Shown in pieces: positions 62,694-64,000 of a stretch of 64,000 nt of DNA; the first letter of the stretch is position 1, and each line of letters begins with the position of its first letter. Where the stretch lies: the NCBI GenBank assembly GCA_031268385.1, contig JAIRXH010000036.1, positions 3,584 through 67,583 of the forward strand, written 5' to 3'. The DNA comes from Treponema sp. GTDB taxonomy: Bacteria > Spirochaetota > Spirochaetia > Treponematales > Breznakiellaceae. The translations under genes were made by a program, and so were the position numbers. The notes below the pieces were generated by a model. The model saw only the letters and a list, made by a program, of their open reading frames with translations. It searched no databases and was not told the origin of the DNA.

Positions 62694-63512
62694 TTATATA
62701 AACAGCAGCCTTTCAAAAATTCCCCCGCGTTTTTCCTCCGCCGCAAGGGGAATGACAATTTTTCCGTTCTCGACGGAGACCTCCGCCTGGACGCCCCCGC
62801 CGCCTTTTGCGGTAAAAACCAGCGCCCGCCTGGAACCCGGAGGAGGCGCTATTCTGCGGGCTTCCGGGAGGTCAAAGATCCTCCGTCCGCCTTCGGTGTA
62901 CGACGGAAGGCCGGAAAGATCGATCCCGAAGGGCCTGCCCAAAAGCAGCGCGGCATTTTCAAGATCGCCTGAAGCCACAGCCGCCCTGATCCTGCTTGAA
63001 CTTACCGGATGCCGGCCTTCCATTACCGGCGGAACAATCTCCGTTCTTATACCCGCCCTCTCCGTCATGCTTCGCAGGGCGGCGGCGTCGGTATCCAGAT
63101 GGTGACCGCAGTGGAAATTCGCGCCCACAGCCAGAAAAGCCAGTTCGCGCCGGTTTTTCAGGAGATTGATAAAATCCCTTCCCTGCATTTTACTGAAATT
63201 TCCCGAAAAGTCAATGAGTACCGTCATGGATACGCCGCATTCCCCGAAAACGGCGAGCTTCTGCCGCAGGCTGTACAAATCACCTTTGAAGGAAGACGGG
63301 TTGAGAATGGATTTGGGATTCTCCCTGAACGTGATGACAACGGAAATTCCACGGGCGCGTGTCCGTTCGATGAGGGCCAGGTGGCCCCGGTGTACCCCGT
63401 CAAAAACCCCGATAGTCGCGGCGAGCTTTCCGCCGGCGTCCGGCTCCCGGGACGGCCCGGAAAGGGGGTTTCCGTCCCCGCGTACAAAATCCTCCCATTC
63501 AACGATACACAT
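62694..63512 (-). CDS. ribF: FAD synthetase / riboflavin kinase-like RibF (C-terminal domain atypical)
   Basis: ATG at 63512 overlaps the truB stop by 14 nt. FMN adenylyltransferase motifs are IGVFDGVHRGHLALI and ANFHCGH. The C-terminal ~85 aa lack an obvious GxPTAN motif. Confidence 0.85.
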   Translation of the reverse strand: MCIVEWEDFVRGDGNPLSGPSREPDAGGKLAATIGVFDGVHRGHLALIERTRARGISVVITFRENPKSILNPSSFKGDLYSLRQKLAVFGECGVSMTVLIDFSGNFSKMQGRDFINLLKNRRELAFLAVGANFHCGHHLDTDAAALRSMTERAGIRTEIVPPVMEGRHPVSSSRIRAAVASGDLENAALLLGRPFGIDLSGLPSYTEGGRRIFDLPEARRIAPPPGSRRALVFTAKGGGGVQAEVSVENGKIVIPLAAEEKRGGIFERLLFI

Positions 63513-64000
63513 AACCGTACTTCCAGATTCCGTCCCTTTTTTCAACCATGGCGATAAAGGAAGCGTCCGAAAAAACCGCGGCGGAATCTCCCGTTCCGTG
63601 CGGCGCCGCGCCTTCCAGCACAGGTTCAAGCGGCTGTCCATGTATTATTTTTTGTACATCATGAGAATTAATCTCAAACCACGGAAGGCCGAGGGCTTCG
63701 ATGACGGTTATGTCTATGGGTCTGAAAAAAAGCCCCCCGGCGTCCGAAAGGTGAAAACCCGCGACGCGTGTCCGCGTCAAGGCGGCAAGATGACCACGGG
63801 AACCCGCGGCAAGGGCAAGGTCGCGGGCCAGGGAACGGACATAGGTTCCGCTTGAACAGGAAAGCCGTATCCCGGCAAGCGGCGGCTCCCAGGAGGTGAG
63901 TTCCAGACTGTAGATGAAAACAGGACGCCGTTTCATTTCGGGGGCTTTTCCCGCCCTGGCAAGCTCCGACGCGCGCTTTCCCCCGACATGAACGGCCGAA
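63499..64000 (-). CDS. truB: tRNA pseudouridine(55) synthase TruB, 5' end beyond the right window edge
   Basis: The frame stays open upstream of the track ORF to the window edge (SAVHVGGKRASELARAGKAPEMKRRPVFIYSLEL...SCSSGTYVRSLARDLA). This matches the TruB core and C-terminus. Confidence 0.9.
   Translation of the reverse strand, partial: SAVHVGGKRASELARAGKAPEMKRRPVFIYSLELTSWEPPLAGIRLSCSSGTYVRSLARDLALAAGSRGHLAALTRTRVAGFHLSDAGGLFFRPIDITVIEALGLPWFEINSHDVQKIIHGQPLEPVLEGAAPHGTGDSAAVFSDASFIAMVEKRDGIWKYGYVYR

Noticed and set aside
1-64000. A search for CRISPR arrays, IS or transposase genes, integrases, phage genes, toxin-antitoxin pairs, reverse transcriptases and rRNA/tRNA genes.
   Set aside because: I saw no regularly spaced direct repeats. 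None of the plausible ORFs shows the corresponding motifs (DDE, tyrosine recombinase RHRY, YxDD). The window reads as core chromosome.

Overview
This window is a densely packed, GC-rich chromosomal core segment that looks like a Treponema-type spirochaete. The taxon call rests on a UPF0164/FadL-like outer-membrane protein, a cmk-rpsA fusion gene, a ~900-aa GreA, and many TPR/HEAT/VWA envelope proteins. I call about 55 protein genes and one RNA gene, an unusually long RNase P RNA at 22024-22590. Many genes are joined by ATGA/GTGA/TAATG start-stop overlaps. I found no rRNA, tRNA, CRISPR array, transposase, integrase or phage genes. The recognisable housekeeping blocks are: (1) RluA-like, DUF4912, GH57 branching enzyme; (2) YkgJ, MBL, mltG, dnaG, rpoD, Zn-ribbon, rnpB; (3) TPR, mreBCD, mrdA, rodA, radical SAM; (4) a long minus-strand string recA, folK, scpA, scpB, rluB, cmk-rpsA, sigma54-EBP, TPR, lipoprotein; (5) prs facing dtd; (6) rpe; (7) greA; (8) tgt; (9) two LptF/G-type permeases, dut, pnp, rpsO, ribF, truB. 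The supplied ORF track uses the longest ATG/GTG/TTG start, so I trimmed many starts using upstream stop codons, Shine-Dalgarno-like motifs and N-terminal homology. The track also misses one real gene that runs off the left edge (1-1075, minus strand). The most interesting items are: (a) a translationally coupled four-gene operon (5573-14830) centred on a 1541-aa BNR/FN3/HAMP/PP2C three-pass sensor-phosphatase, followed by a NahK-like kinase; (b) a riboswitch-like structured leader upstream of prs (43476-43661); (c) a RecA with a 136-aa Pro/Ala-rich C-terminal extension ending in an AT-hook-like GRPRK motif; (d) a lower-GC GAF/sigma54-activator module whose sigma54-contact loop reads GAFTNA rather than GAFTGA; (e) two promoter-to-ATG geometries that suggest leaderless mRNAs. 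All homology statements come from reading motifs by eye. No database search was run.
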